Assembly: GCA_903944345.1 (NCBI GenBank)
Contig: CAJARJ010000012.1
Coordinates: 68,266 to 132,265, forward strand
DNA from: Candidatus Omnitrophota bacterium
GTDB taxonomy: Bacteria; Omnitrophota; Gorgyraeia; Zapsychrales; Fredricksoniimonadaceae
Direction of reading: 5' to 3'
DNA: 64,000 nt
Shown here: piece after piece, positions 47,767 to 58,308 of the stretch
How the letters are laid out: every line of letters starts with the position of its first letter
Position numbering within the stretch: the stretch's first letter is position 1
Notes under the pieces: generated by a model
Databases searched by the model: none
What the model was told of the DNA's origin: nothing
The model's input: the letters and a program-made list of their open reading frames with translations, nothing else
Position numbers and translations under genes: made by a program

Positions 47767-48788
47767 CAGAACAGATCCCTCCTCCCGCCCTGGGGCAAGC
47801 CGAAATGAAGGCGGGCCTTATCGGTGGCTTCGCGGCCGCGCGATGTCCTGCGCAAAAAACCTGCCTTAAGCAAATACGGTTCTACCACATCGGCAATCGA
47901 GTCGGTTTCCTCGTTCAACGTGGCCGCGAGCGCCTCAATTCCTACCGGACCGCCGCTGTAAGTTTCGATAATCACTCTCAGGGTTTTGCGAGCAAGCTCA
48001 TCAAGCCCTTCCTGATCTACTTTCAGCGCAGCCATAGCCTGTTCCACGGCAGAAACAGTAACTTTCTTGCCCTTGGTGCGAACCAAAGCAAAATCCCGGA
48101 CTCTTTTAAGGAGTCTGATGGCAATTCGAGGCGTACCCCGCGAACGGCGGGCGATCTCAAGGGCCGCCGCGAAATCCAGCTCCACGGTCAACCTTGAAGC
48201 CGCATTAATCACAATAGTGGACAGGTCTTCCGGTTCATAAAAATCCAGATGATGCAGAATACCAAAACGATCCCTCAAAGGAGCGGCCAACAAACCGCTG
48301 CGGGTGGTCGCTCCGATCAGGGTAAAAGGTTTTAAATTAAAGTTGATAGTTTTGGCATACGGCCCCTTATCAACAATAAAATCGATCTTGAAATTCTCCA
48401 TAGCCGGATAAAGAAATTCCTCAACGGGCTTGGCAAGACGGTGGATCTCGTCAATGAAAAGGACATCACCAGCCTGGAGATTGGTAAGAATTCCTATAAA
48501 ATCGCCGGCTCGCTGTATTGCCGGACCCGAAGTATAAGTGAGCCGACTGTTCATTTCATGCGTAATAATATGAGCAAGCGAGGTCTTGCCAAGCCCGGGC
48601 GGACCGGAGAAAAGCATATGCTCCAAGGGCTCTCCCCGGCTCAAAGCAGCCTCAATAGCTATCTTGATATTATCAACCACAGACTTCTGACCGATAAAGT
48701 CACAAAGACGTTCCGGACGAACCGAAATGCTGGTGACCAGATCCTCTTCCGTCTCCTGGTTCAGGACTATACGTTTGATTTCTTCCAT
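47766..48788 (-). CDS. ruvB: Holliday junction helicase RuvB
   Basis: GPPGLGKT, FIDEIHRL, GATTR.G, RGTPRIA. Confidence 0.97.
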   Translation of the reverse strand: MEEIKRIVLNQETEEDLVTSISVRPERLCDFIGQKSVVDNIKIAIEAALSRGEPLEHMLFSGPPGLGKTSLAHIITHEMNSRLTYTSGPAIQRAGDFIGILTNLQAGDVLFIDEIHRLAKPVEEFLYPAMENFKIDFIVDKGPYAKTINFNLKPFTLIGATTRSGLLAAPLRDRFGILHHLDFYEPEDLSTIVINAASRLTVELDFAAALEIARRSRGTPRIAIRLLKRVRDFALVRTKGKKVTVSAVEQAMAALKVDQEGLDELARKTLRVIIETYSGGPVGIEALAATLNEETDSIADVVEPYLLKAGFLRRTSRGREATDKARLHFGLPQGGRRDLF

Positions 48789-48800
48789 AAATCCGGCCCT

Positions 48801-49601
48801 CTAGACAGCGGGTGGAATAACGTCGGGATTTGCAACCGCCTCGCCCGTAGCAGACTGGGCAGGATGCGGAACAACCTTTATCTGGTCTGTATTGCGCAGC
48901 AATTCGATATCCGAAAAAACTCTCTTCTGAACTATAACCAGTTCTTTCATGCGGCAAAGTTCCAGTACGGCCATGAACGTCACAATCACTTCCATCTTGC
49001 TGGAAGCCCGCTCAAAAAGCTCATCCAGACGCACCGATGTCTGGGCCAGAAGGACATGCAGAATCTGGTGAACTTTCTCCTCGACTGTAAACTCTTCACG
49101 CACAATTTCGTAAGTGGTCTTCTCGGGTTTTCTCTGAAGAGCTTTGCTCAGGGATGTGACCAGGTCAAAAAGATTGGCTTCAAAATAAACCTCTTTGGAT
49201 TCTTCCCGGATCTGCTGGGCAGCCTCGGTGTCAATCCTGCGGGGGAAAAGGTCAGAACGTTGCTCTCCGCGAAGGCGCAACTCTTCGGCGGCCTCACGAA
49301 TACGCTGATATTCTTCGATCTTGCGCACCAGTTCAGCGCGAGGATCTTCCTGTTCTTCCTCGGCAGAGGGATCCGGAGGAAGCAGCATTCTGGACTTGAT
49401 CCGCAACAGTTCGGCCGCCATCACCAGAAACTCGCCAATCCCGTCAAGATCCATCATCTTCATGACTTCTATATACTGGATATATTGCTCGGTGACGGCT
49501 ACGATAGGGATATCATAGATATTGATCTCGTCTTTTTTGATGAGATACAATAACAGATCAAGAGGCCCCTCAAAAAAGTCGAGATGAAGTTTGCAGCTCA
49601 T
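48801..49601 (-). CDS. scpA: Segregation and condensation protein A
   Basis: FEGPLDLLLYLI, FLVMAA.L..IKSR.LLP. Confidence 0.95.
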   Translation of the reverse strand: MSCKLHLDFFEGPLDLLLYLIKKDEINIYDIPIVAVTEQYIQYIEVMKMMDLDGIGEFLVMAAELLRIKSRMLLPPDPSAEEEQEDPRAELVRKIEEYQRIREAAEELRLRGEQRSDLFPRRIDTEAAQQIREESKEVYFEANLFDLVTSLSKALQRKPEKTTYEIVREEFTVEEKVHQILHVLLAQTSVRLDELFERASSKMEVIVTFMAVLELCRMKELVIVQKRVFSDIELLRNTDQIKVVPHPAQSATGEAVANPDVIPPAV

Positions 49602-50578
49602 CCGAAAACCGCCTCCCGAACCTCGCGCATGGTAGCCTGAGCCAGAAGACGGGCCTGCTCGGCTCCCCGATCCAGAATATTCTGAACATAAGAAAGATCC
49701 TGGGTGAGCCTGGTACGACGCTCGCGAATCGGACGCAAATACTCGATAATGGCCTCAGCTAAAATCTTTTTACAGTCCGTACAACCTTTGGTTGCACCGG
49801 AACACCAGGAAATGACGTCCTCGGCCCGCTCGGGGCAAAAAGCCTTGTAATACGAAAAAACATTACACTCCTGGGGATGCCCGGGATCGGTCAGACGTAT
49901 ACGCCTGGGATCCGTGATCATGCTGCGAACTTTTTTGACTATCTCTTCCGGAGAATCGGAAAGATTAATGGCATTCTGATAACTCTTGGACATCTTGCGC
50001 CCATCCATGCCCAATAAACGCGATGTAGGCGTCAAGATAGCCTTGCAATCCGTAAAAAACTCGCGTTTATATATAAAATTGAATCTGCGCGCAATTTCCC
50101 TGGTCAACTCCAGATGCGGCAGCTGGTCTTCTCCAATTGGAACAGCCTGGGCTTTGTAAAGAAGAATGTCGGCCGCCTGCAAAACCGGATAACCAAGAAA
50201 GGCGTACGTCTGCAAATCGCGGGAAGTAATTTCGCGTAATTGCTCTTTGTAAGTAGGATTACGTTCAAGCCATCCGAGCGGTGTCAGGCAGGAAAGAACC
50301 ATCTGTAATTCCAGATGTTCAGGAACACGGGACTGGACAAAAACAATCGAACGCTCGGGATCAACACCGCAAGCCAACCAGTCAATGGCCATATCAAGAA
50401 TGTCGGCCTTGATACGGGAGGTGTTTTCATATTCACCCATCAGAGCATGCCAGTCCACTATAGAATAGACACAACGATGCGTTTCCTGAAGGGTGACCCA
50501 GCTCTGAAGCGCTCCGACAAGATGGCCAAGATGAAGCTTGCCGGTTGGCCGCATTCCACTGAAAACCGTCTGTATCAT
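49598..50578 (-). CDS. trpS: Tryptophan--tRNA ligase
   Basis: SGMRPTG.LHLGH, YPVLQAADIL, KMSKS. Confidence 0.97.
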   Translation of the reverse strand: MIQTVFSGMRPTGKLHLGHLVGALQSWVTLQETHRCVYSIVDWHALMGEYENTSRIKADILDMAIDWLACGVDPERSIVFVQSRVPEHLELQMVLSCLTPLGWLERNPTYKEQLREITSRDLQTYAFLGYPVLQAADILLYKAQAVPIGEDQLPHLELTREIARRFNFIYKREFFTDCKAILTPTSRLLGMDGRKMSKSYQNAINLSDSPEEIVKKVRSMITDPRRIRLTDPGHPQECNVFSYYKAFCPERAEDVISWCSGATKGCTDCKKILAEAIIEYLRPIRERRTRLTQDLSYVQNILDRGAEQARLLAQATMREVREAVFG

Positions 50579-53091
50579 AGTTTGCGTGCGATCTGCTCGA
50601 TCTGGAATGCCTCAATAAGATCGCCTACCTGGTACTTGTCAAAACCGCTGACAGAAATTCCGCATTCAAACCCTTCATTGACTTCCCGCACATCGTCCTT
50701 GAAGCGCTTGAGAGCGGAAATCTTTCCGGTATGGATAACTTCCGTATTACGTATCACATCCACGTCCAGTTTCTGCTTCATTTTGCCTTTGAGCATAAAG
50801 CAACCCGCAACAGTGCCCGACTTGGAAAGCTTGAACACCTGACGAATTTCGGCCCGTGCAATAAAATGACGCTTGAGTTCGGGACGCAGAAGACCTTCAA
50901 GAGCAGACTTCACATCATTGACCGCGTCATAAATAATATTGTATTTTCTGATCTCGACCGAAGTCTTGAGCAATTCGTCCTCGGCATCCGAACTGGTGGG
51001 CACATTAAAAGCAATAATGATCGCTTTCGAAACCGCCGCCAGGATGATGTCCGAAGAATTGATACTGCCTACAGCTGTATGAATAAAACGGATGGCGACT
51101 TCCTTGTTCTCGGCCGGTATTTTCAACAGAGAATCACGAATAGCCTCGAGTGAACCCTGCACATCCGCCTTAAGAATAATATTCAGATCCCTGACCTCTC
51201 CGGTAAGACGTTTGGCCAACACATCCTCGAGGGTAACCTTGGAGGTAGAGCGCAGACGTTCCGCCTTGAGCTTTTCTTCACGCTCAGCCGCAATATCACG
51301 GGCTGTCCGCTCATCCTGGACGACAAAAAACTTCTCTCCCGCCTCAGGAACCGCTGATAGCCCAAGAACCTCGACCGGACGTGAAGGCCCCGCTTCGCGC
51401 ACATTCCGCTTGCGGTCGTCAAACATAGCCTTAACTCTTCCGTAATACGGACCAACCACCAGAATATCACCTTCTTTTAATGTTCCACTTTGAACAATCA
51501 ACGTGGCCATTGCCCCCTTGCCGGCACTCATATGTGCTTCGACAACAATACCAGCGGCCTTTTTAGAAGGATTCGCTCTAAGTTCCAACATCTCTGACTC
51601 AAGCAAAATCATTTCGAGCAACTGGTCAATCCCCTGTCCGGTATGTGCGGAAACAGGAATCATCACCGTCTTCCCGCCCCAGTCTTCAGGCATAAGCTCA
51701 TGCTGCATCAGCTGCTTTTTGGCAGCATCTATATCGACATCAGGACGATCAACCTTGTTGAGCGCGACCACAATCGGAACTCCCGCTGCACGAGCGTGAT
51801 CAATAGCTTCAATCGTCTGGGGCATAACCCCTTCGTTAGCCGCCACAACCAGAACTACAATATCGGTAATATGTGCTCCGCGGGAACGCATGGCCGTAAA
51901 GGCCGCGTGGCCAGGAGTATCAAGAAAAGTAATCGTGCCACGCGGAATATGCACAGAATAAGCCTGAATATGCTGGGTGATTCCTCCATGCTCACTATTT
52001 GCGACTTTCGTTTTGCGGATCGCATCGAGCAATGAAGTCTTTCCGTGATCAACGTGTCCCATAAATGTCACCACAGGCGCTCGCGGCAACAAAAGGGAAG
52101 GATCATCTTTTTCCTGCTCATGCGTGGCCATCTGCTGCTGCTCGGATGTTTTAGCCTGCACCAGATTATAACCAAACTCGCGACAAAGTTTTCCTGCCAA
52201 TTCTTCCCCGAGATTCTGGTTGATATTGGCAAAAACACCCGTGCCCATAAGAATCTTGAGCAAGGCATTGGCTTTCTGTTGAAGCTTGAACGCCAGATCA
52301 CCAACCGAAACAGGCAACTTAATCTCCAGATCCTGCAACGGACCATCACGTTTAAGCTCGGGTGGCGGAGGTGCATCCGGAAGTTTGACATCGGTTTTGG
52401 ATGGCTGATACGGCCTGGCCCCATCAGGTGAGGAGGGATCAATACGTTTCTTGCCATGCGTCAAAGGCTTGACCGCCACAAATTCCGGCTGAGGCGCTGC
52501 ATTCTTGACAATCTTTCGGGTAACTTTGGTAACAACTTTTTTACCATTTTCGTAAGTGACTCTTTCCTCAGTCACCGTTTCAAACTGGCGAGAATCCTGG
52601 GCAACCACAGGTGCTGCCGGCACAGACTCGACAACAGGAACATTTTCCAGATCGGACAAACGAGCAACCTTGGGCAGATTCTGCCGGAGCACCTGGACAG
52701 GCTTCTTGTCCTGTGCCTGAATATCTGCTGCCGACGGCTGCGGTTCATTTTCAGTCTCAGTTCCGATCCGGGAAATTTCCTGCGAAGAAATAACCGGAGC
52801 TGGAAGCTCAACTTCGTTAGGAAGCTTAACGGGATCAGACTCGTTCTTAAGCTTTGCCTCTTTGGCAGCGGCAGCTACAGGAGCTTTCTTGACTGCAGGC
52901 TTGCGAACCGGCTTTTTGGGCGCTTCCTTGACCAAAAGTCCTTTTTCTTCCAACTCCCCTTTCAACAGAGCGATAACCGCCGGACTCAACTCCTGGTCTT
53001 CGCCCTTGACCCTTAACTTCATGTTTTTCAGGGTGGAAATAAGGACATCTTCGGTAATATTAATCTTTTTGGCCAGGTCACGCAAAAGCAT
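50575..53091 (-). CDS. infB: Translation initiation factor IF-2
   Basis: [28 protein letters not shown]. Confidence 0.97.
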   Translation of the reverse strand: MLLRDLAKKINITEDVLISTLKNMKLRVKGEDQELSPAVIALLKGELEEKGLLVKEAPKKPVRKPAVKKAPVAAAAKEAKLKNESDPVKLPNEVELPAPVISSQEISRIGTETENEPQPSAADIQAQDKKPVQVLRQNLPKVARLSDLENVPVVESVPAAPVVAQDSRQFETVTEERVTYENGKKVVTKVTRKIVKNAAPQPEFVAVKPLTHGKKRIDPSSPDGARPYQPSKTDVKLPDAPPPPELKRDGPLQDLEIKLPVSVGDLAFKLQQKANALLKILMGTGVFANINQNLGEELAGKLCREFGYNLVQAKTSEQQQMATHEQEKDDPSLLLPRAPVVTFMGHVDHGKTSLLDAIRKTKVANSEHGGITQHIQAYSVHIPRGTITFLDTPGHAAFTAMRSRGAHITDIVVLVVAANEGVMPQTIEAIDHARAAGVPIVVALNKVDRPDVDIDAAKKQLMQHELMPEDWGGKTVMIPVSAHTGQGIDQLLEMILLESEMLELRANPSKKAAGIVVEAHMSAGKGAMATLIVQSGTLKEGDILVVGPYYGRVKAMFDDRKRNVREAGPSRPVEVLGLSAVPEAGEKFFVVQDERTARDIAAEREEKLKAERLRSTSKVTLEDVLAKRLTGEVRDLNIILKADVQGSLEAIRDSLLKIPAENKEVAIRFIHTAVGSINSSDIILAAVSKAIIIAFNVPTSSDAEDELLKTSVEIRKYNIIYDAVNDVKSALEGLLRPELKRHFIARAEIRQVFKLSKSGTVAGCFMLKGKMKQKLDVDVIRNTEVIHTGKISALKRFKDDVREVNEGFECGISVSGFDKYQVGDLIEAFQIEQIARKL

Positions 53092-53132
53092 AATTAATGT
53101 CTTTCTCCGCGTATAAAAGCAGTGGTAAAATT

Positions 53133-54206
53133 CTATTTATCTTCGCTTGCCTCGTCATTATCCTGCGCATCGGAAAGTTCTCCCGCAGGCTGTTCGGATG
53201 TTTTTTCTTCGACAACCTCTTCAATGACTTCTTCTGTCTGTTCAGTCCCCGCCTTGAGATGCTCTTCCCATTGTTTGGCAGAAAAAATGTCCAGCTCCCA
53301 GCCTACAAGCTTGCTGGCCAGGCGAACATTCTGTCCGTAACGCCCGATCGAAATGGAAAGCTGATCGTCAGCGACGATAATATTAACCTTTTTCTCTGCG
53401 GGAAGAAGCTGAATCTGGGAAATCTCAGCGGGAGAAAGAGCCGCCTGGATGTATTCCTTGATATCAGACGAATACCGTACAATATCAATCTTTTCCCCGT
53501 GCAGTTCATTGACAATATTCTTGACCCGTGAACCGCGCATCCCCACACATGCTCCAACGCAATCAACCTTATCATCCTTGGAATAAACCGAAATCTTCGT
53601 CCGCTCGCCCGGATCGCGGGCAATGGCCTTGACCTCGATAATACCTTCAAAAATCTCGGGGACTTCCAGTTCAAACAGGCGCTTGACAAAATTTGGATGC
53701 GCACGGGAAAGAATAATCTGCGGGCCACGTGACTCACGCTGAACCTCAAGGACAAGAGCACGGGCACGATCTCCCTGACGGAACTCTTCCTTGCCGCACA
53801 TCTCGCTGCGCGGGATAATGGCTTCAGCCTTGCCCAGATCCACAATCACATTGCCGCGATCAAAACGGTAAACGCTACCCGAAATAATAGCCCCGAGACG
53901 GGCACTGTATTCGGCATAAATAACATCTTTTTCCGCTTCGCGGATCTTCTGGAAAACAACCTGTTTGGCTGTTTGCGCCGCGATACGACCAAATTCGCTG
54001 GAGCGAATTTCCTGTCCGTTAGCATAGGCTGTAATCTTGCCGCTCTTCAGGTCAAGTTTTGCTGTAACATCTTCTTCCTTGTCTACAGTCCAGACCTTGC
54101 GTGCGGCCGAAGCGACCGCGGCCTCTACCGCCTGAATAAGGACATCCTTGCTGATGCCTTTATCGCGTTCGATCTGTTCCAGGATGGCCATCAGTTCGCT
54201 TTCCAT
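53133..54206 (-). CDS. nusA: Transcription factor NusA
   Basis: FGRIAAQTAKQV, S1 and KH domains, GQNVRLA. Confidence 0.97.
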   Translation of the reverse strand: MESELMAILEQIERDKGISKDVLIQAVEAAVASAARKVWTVDKEEDVTAKLDLKSGKITAYANGQEIRSSEFGRIAAQTAKQVVFQKIREAEKDVIYAEYSARLGAIISGSVYRFDRGNVIVDLGKAEAIIPRSEMCGKEEFRQGDRARALVLEVQRESRGPQIILSRAHPNFVKRLFELEVPEIFEGIIEVKAIARDPGERTKISVYSKDDKVDCVGACVGMRGSRVKNIVNELHGEKIDIVRYSSDIKEYIQAALSPAEISQIQLLPAEKKVNIIVADDQLSISIGRYGQNVRLASKLVGWELDIFSAKQWEEHLKAGTEQTEEVIEEVVEEKTSEQPAGELSDAQDNDEASEDK

Positions 54207-54218
54207 GAGTCAGTACTC

Positions 54219-54680
54219 CTAAATAATTACCTGTTTACCTTTTTTCAGAACGCAGAACGGGATCAGGCAGTCCTCTTTCTTCGTCCTTATCACAAAATGT
54301 TCTTCAGTGACATCCACCAGCTCTCCCTGCCACTGTGTCTTGCCGTTACACGCCTCAGCCAGAAAAACCAGCACATCCCGGCCAACAACCCGGCGGAAAT
54401 CACGATATCCCAACAAATCGCGATCAAGCCCCGGGGAAGATACTTCGAGAGTATATTTGCCGTCAGGAAGAACTTCCTCATAGATCTGCTCGTCAACCTG
54501 ACGATTAAGGGACGAACAGTCATCTATCGTAACACCGCCTGTCGGGCGGTCGGCATACAAACGGATCGAAACACCATTGCGGGATACACTAAGAGCTGTT
54601 TCGACAAGATCAAGACCCAATCCGGCTGCTTTTGCTTCGGCTATCTTTGCAACAGTCTGTTTCAGGTCTTCTGTATCCAA
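54219..54680 (-). CDS. rimP: Ribosome maturation factor RimP
   Basis: GVTIDDC, YTLEVSSPGLDR; upstream of nusA. Confidence 0.95.
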   Translation of the reverse strand: MDTEDLKQTVAKIAEAKAAGLGLDLVETALSVSRNGVSIRLYADRPTGGVTIDDCSSLNRQVDEQIYEEVLPDGKYTLEVSSPGLDRDLLGYRDFRRVVGRDVLVFLAEACNGKTQWQGELVDVTEEHFVIRTKKEDCLIPFCVLKKGKQVII

Positions 54681-54690
54681 AATTATTGCC

Positions 54691-55875
54691 TCATTGTGAC
54701 ATCAACGATTTGATCCTGGCCAACACATTCTCACAAGCAACCGTCTCGGAAGCCGCACAGGAACGCGACCTGATTTCGACCGCTCCCTGGGCAAGGCTGC
54801 GCTTGCCGATAACAATGCGCAAAGGTATCCCGACAAGATCGGCGTCATTGAACTTGAAGCCTGCGCTTTCATCGCGGTCGTCCATTAAAACATCAATCCC
54901 CGATTTTGTCAACTCATCATAATAAGACTGCGCCAATGACATGACCTGTGGATCGGTCGTCTGCAAAGGCAGGATTTCGACCGAGAAAGGTGCAACCGCC
55001 AAAGGCCAGACAATCCCCTTTTCATCATGATGGACTTCAATTATAGTTGCCAAAAGACGGCTTACCCCGATCCCGTAACATCCCATGATTAAAGGATGCT
55101 GTTTGCCCTGTTCGTCAACATAAAGAGCGCCAAGGGCTTCGGAGTATTTCGTTCCCAGCTGAAAAATATGCCCAACTTCAATACACTGCTGTTCAGTGCC
55201 ATCTGCCGCCTTGACCTTATCCTCGCCAATCGGGGCAGGGACAAGAAACTCATGAGAAACACGCCCCCCCATGGCCCCCGAATCCGCCTCGGCAATAACC
55301 GGATCCAGACCGCAGCGGGCAAAAATATTTTTGTATGCCTGAAACATGGCATCGTAATTCTTCTGTAATCCGGCCATGCTGGTGTCAAAACTATAAGCGT
55401 CTTTCATGATAAACTCGCAAGCCCGGACTACACCAAAACGCGGACGTGTTTCATCTCGAAACTTGGTCTGAATCTGATACAGTGTGACGGGAAGCTGGCG
55501 ATAGGAATGAACAAAAGCTTTGACCAGATCGGTAATAATTTCCTCATGAGTAGGCCCCAGACACATGGCCGTTCCGCGCTTGGTATTAAACTGGATCATA
55601 ACCTCGGCCAGAGTTTTATCCCGGCCGGTTTTCTGCCAGACATCCAGCGGCTGAAGCGCTGGCATAAGGAGTTCATGTGCTCCCGCCGCGTTCATTTCCT
55701 TGCGGATAATCTCGGAAATCTTGCCCAATACACGCAAACCCAAAGGCAGATAGGAATAAACTCCGGAAGTCAGCATGTGCACAAGACCTGCCCGCAGAAG
55801 CAGGCGATGGCTGGCGGCCTCTGTTCCGGCAGGGACCTCTTTAATCGTTGGAATAAAATACTGCGACCATTTCAT
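54691..55875 (-). CDS. proS: Proline--tRNA ligase (short form lacking the INS editing domain)
   Basis: LGPTHEE, QIQTKFRDE.RPRFG, EVGHIFQLG, MGCYGIG; start MKWSQ. Confidence 0.95.
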   Translation of the reverse strand: MKWSQYFIPTIKEVPAGTEAASHRLLLRAGLVHMLTSGVYSYLPLGLRVLGKISEIIRKEMNAAGAHELLMPALQPLDVWQKTGRDKTLAEVMIQFNTKRGTAMCLGPTHEEIITDLVKAFVHSYRQLPVTLYQIQTKFRDETRPRFGVVRACEFIMKDAYSFDTSMAGLQKNYDAMFQAYKNIFARCGLDPVIAEADSGAMGGRVSHEFLVPAPIGEDKVKAADGTEQQCIEVGHIFQLGTKYSEALGALYVDEQGKQHPLIMGCYGIGVSRLLATIIEVHHDEKGIVWPLAVAPFSVEILPLQTTDPQVMSLAQSYYDELTKSGIDVLMDDRDESAGFKFNDADLVGIPLRIVIGKRSLAQGAVEIRSRSCAASETVACENVLARIKSLMSQ

Positions 55876-55885
55876 AATTACCTCT

Positions 55886-57190
55886 CTAGGCTGAAAAGAA
55901 ATCTTCCGGAAGCCGGACATTACGTTTAACAAATTTATCATGAAACGATGGCAGTTTGCGATTCATTTTCCAGTGACCATGCACCTTGCCATCATCTTCA
56001 ATACGATCCCGGACAAAAACAAAAACATCTTCCAGTGTGGCCAAATCCCTTTCCCGGTCAAACCTTAAATCAGTCACATTGACCACCCGGCGAACACCAT
56101 CCATGAATAACTCGACGTAAACGATAAGATCAATGGAAGTCGCGATCTGCCGCCGGATCTGATCCCCGCTCAGGCGAATCCCCGACATGAGCATCATGGT
56201 GATCATACGGTTAAAGCATTCTTCGGGAGAATCCGCGTGAATGATGGCCATGGTACCGGAATGCCCTGAAGAAATCGACTGGATCATATCCAGAATTTCT
56301 TCTCCGCGAACCTCACCAATAATGATACGGTCCGGACGCATACGCAGACAATTGACAAAAAGATCCCTGATCGAAACCAGGCCCTTGCCTTCGATATTGA
56401 CCGCCTTGGACTGCAGCGCCACCACATGTTCCTGCAAAAGCCGCAGCTCAGCCGTATCCTCGATAGTGATAATGCGCTCTTCCTCCGGAATATGGCGAGA
56501 AAGAACATTGAGCATGGTCGTCTTGCCAGACCCCGTCGCTCCGCAAAAAATAATATTCAACTTGGCTTTAACCGCCGCCAGCAGAAAGGTGGAAATCTGC
56601 GGACTCATGGTTCCCAGTTCAATCAGGTTTTCAACTGTTCCTATGTCCCGCGAAAATTTACGAATTGTGATAATCGGACCAATAATGGAACAAGGAGGAA
56701 TGATCACATTGATACGTGACCCGTCGGGCATCGCAAAATCAACATAAGGCTGGGATTCATCCACACGCCGGCTTGAGCCTGAGGACGCCAGCATCTTTTG
56801 TATGGTATGCATAAGATGGGCATTGTCGTCAAACCTGACGTCTGTCTTTAAAATATGTCCGGCCTTCTGGATATAAACCTGCTTGTAACCGTTGATCATG
56901 ATCTCGGTGACATCATTGTCTTCCATGAAAGGACGTATCGGACCCAGACTCATGACCGCACTGGCCAGCTCACGAATGAGCCGGGCGCGATTCTCGAAGG
57001 AGACTTCCATTTCAATCTCTTTGCAAAGACTGGTTACGGACCGGTCAACAAACAAGCGTAGCTGGTCTTCGTTCAGAGAATCTTTGACTTTAAGAAAGTC
57101 GGTCTTCGAGATCAGATAACGATGTATACGGGACTTAACTTCTTCGTAGTCATTAATACTCCCGTTATTATTGTTGTTATTCATCGTCAA
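55886..57190 (-). CDS. cpaF: CpaF/TadA-family Tad pilus secretion ATPase
   Basis: GATGSGKTT, ITIEDTAEL, LRMRPDRIIIGEVRG. Confidence 0.9.
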   Translation of the reverse strand: MTMNNNNNNGSINDYEEVKSRIHRYLISKTDFLKVKDSLNEDQLRLFVDRSVTSLCKEIEMEVSFENRARLIRELASAVMSLGPIRPFMEDNDVTEIMINGYKQVYIQKAGHILKTDVRFDDNAHLMHTIQKMLASSGSSRRVDESQPYVDFAMPDGSRINVIIPPCSIIGPIITIRKFSRDIGTVENLIELGTMSPQISTFLLAAVKAKLNIIFCGATGSGKTTMLNVLSRHIPEEERIITIEDTAELRLLQEHVVALQSKAVNIEGKGLVSIRDLFVNCLRMRPDRIIIGEVRGEEILDMIQSISSGHSGTMAIIHADSPEECFNRMITMMLMSGIRLSGDQIRRQIATSIDLIVYVELFMDGVRRVVNVTDLRFDRERDLATLEDVFVFVRDRIEDDGKVHGHWKMNRKLPSFHDKFVKRNVRLPEDFFSA

Positions 57191-58308
57191 CCTTTCGTTG
57201 GCAGGAAGGATAATATTTTATCAATTAGGCCAATGCGTTCAAAGTCCAGATAAAAAACAAAAACAGCCAGTACAATAATAAGGGCGAAACCGGCTTTATT
57301 CAAAAGATCATCCGCTTTATCAGATAACGGACGCCCGCGCAACTTCTCCAGTCCGTTAAGAAAAATATGCCCCCCGTCCAGCGGGATAAGCGGCAGAAGG
57401 TTAAAAATCGCCAGACTGGCGCTGATAACCCCTACGATGTGCAGAAGAAAAGCGAAGCCGACTCCGGCAGCGAACTTGATGATAAAGAAAATCCCGATCA
57501 ATCCGGTCATTCCCTCACGGGCAGCACGCTGTCCGGTTATCATCTGCCAGAATGCCTGGTAAGTTTTTGCTGTCACCATCCAGAGTTCTTTAGCCCCTTC
57601 AACCAACGCACGCCCGAAACCGTATCGGCGGACAAAACGGCTGTCCGGCTTGATATCTTCGTCAGGTTTGATACCAATTCTGGAAACCGGACGTTCCCTC
57701 CCGAACAGATCTTTACCCTTTTCTACCACTGGAACAACTTGCAGGGCCGTCGCCTCTCCTGCGCGGTCAAGGGATAACTGCAAGGGGGCACCCTTGGCAT
57801 CAGCTATAATATCCTGCATCTCCCCCCAACCAGACACCGTCGTTCCATTAACCGCCAGGATGGTATCGCCTGAGCGCAAGCCCGCCAAAGCCGCCGGAGA
57901 GCCGCTGATCACAGTGCCTATGCGTGCCGGCATGGCTGTCACGGCTGCATCCATATCCAGATAGCCAAGCATAAACACAAGAGTGAAACAGACATAAGCA
58001 AAAACATAGTTAACCACCGGCCCCATAACCGCGATCAACGCCCTGTGCCCTGGAGACTTGGTAAAAAACTCATCCGAGGCCCCCTGACATTTACCACGCT
58101 CATCGCCAGACATTTTTACATAACCACCCAAAGGAATCAGGCATAACCGGAAACTGGTGCCGTCAAATGTCCAGGACGTCAGTTTGGGACCAAAACCCAA
58201 AGCGAACTCCTCAACCCTGACTCCAAGCTTTTTAGCAGCGAAATAATGCCCTGCTTCGTGCACGATAATCAAAAGTCCGAGAATGACTGCAAAAACAAGA
58301 ATCATCAT
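57187..58308 (-). CDS. rseP: RIP metalloprotease RseP
   Basis: HEAGH, PLGGYV, PDZ, NLLP..PLDGG. Confidence 0.95.
   Translation of the reverse strand: MMILVFAVILGLLIIVHEAGHYFAAKKLGVRVEEFALGFGPKLTSWTFDGTSFRLCLIPLGGYVKMSGDERGKCQGASDEFFTKSPGHRALIAVMGPVVNYVFAYVCFTLVFMLGYLDMDAAVTAMPARIGTVISGSPAALAGLRSGDTILAVNGTTVSGWGEMQDIIADAKGAPLQLSLDRAGEATALQVVPVVEKGKDLFGRERPVSRIGIKPDEDIKPDSRFVRRYGFGRALVEGAKELWMVTAKTYQAFWQMITGQRAAREGMTGLIGIFFIIKFAAGVGFAFLLHIVGVISASLAIFNLLPLIPLDGGHIFLNGLEKLRGRPLSDKADDLLNKAGFALIIVLAVFVFYLDFERIGLIDKILSFLPTKG

Noticed and set aside
57166-57184. Poly-Asn codon run at the cpaF N-terminus as a phase-variable tract
   Set aside because: A mixed AAT/AAC triplet run; slippage would stay in frame.
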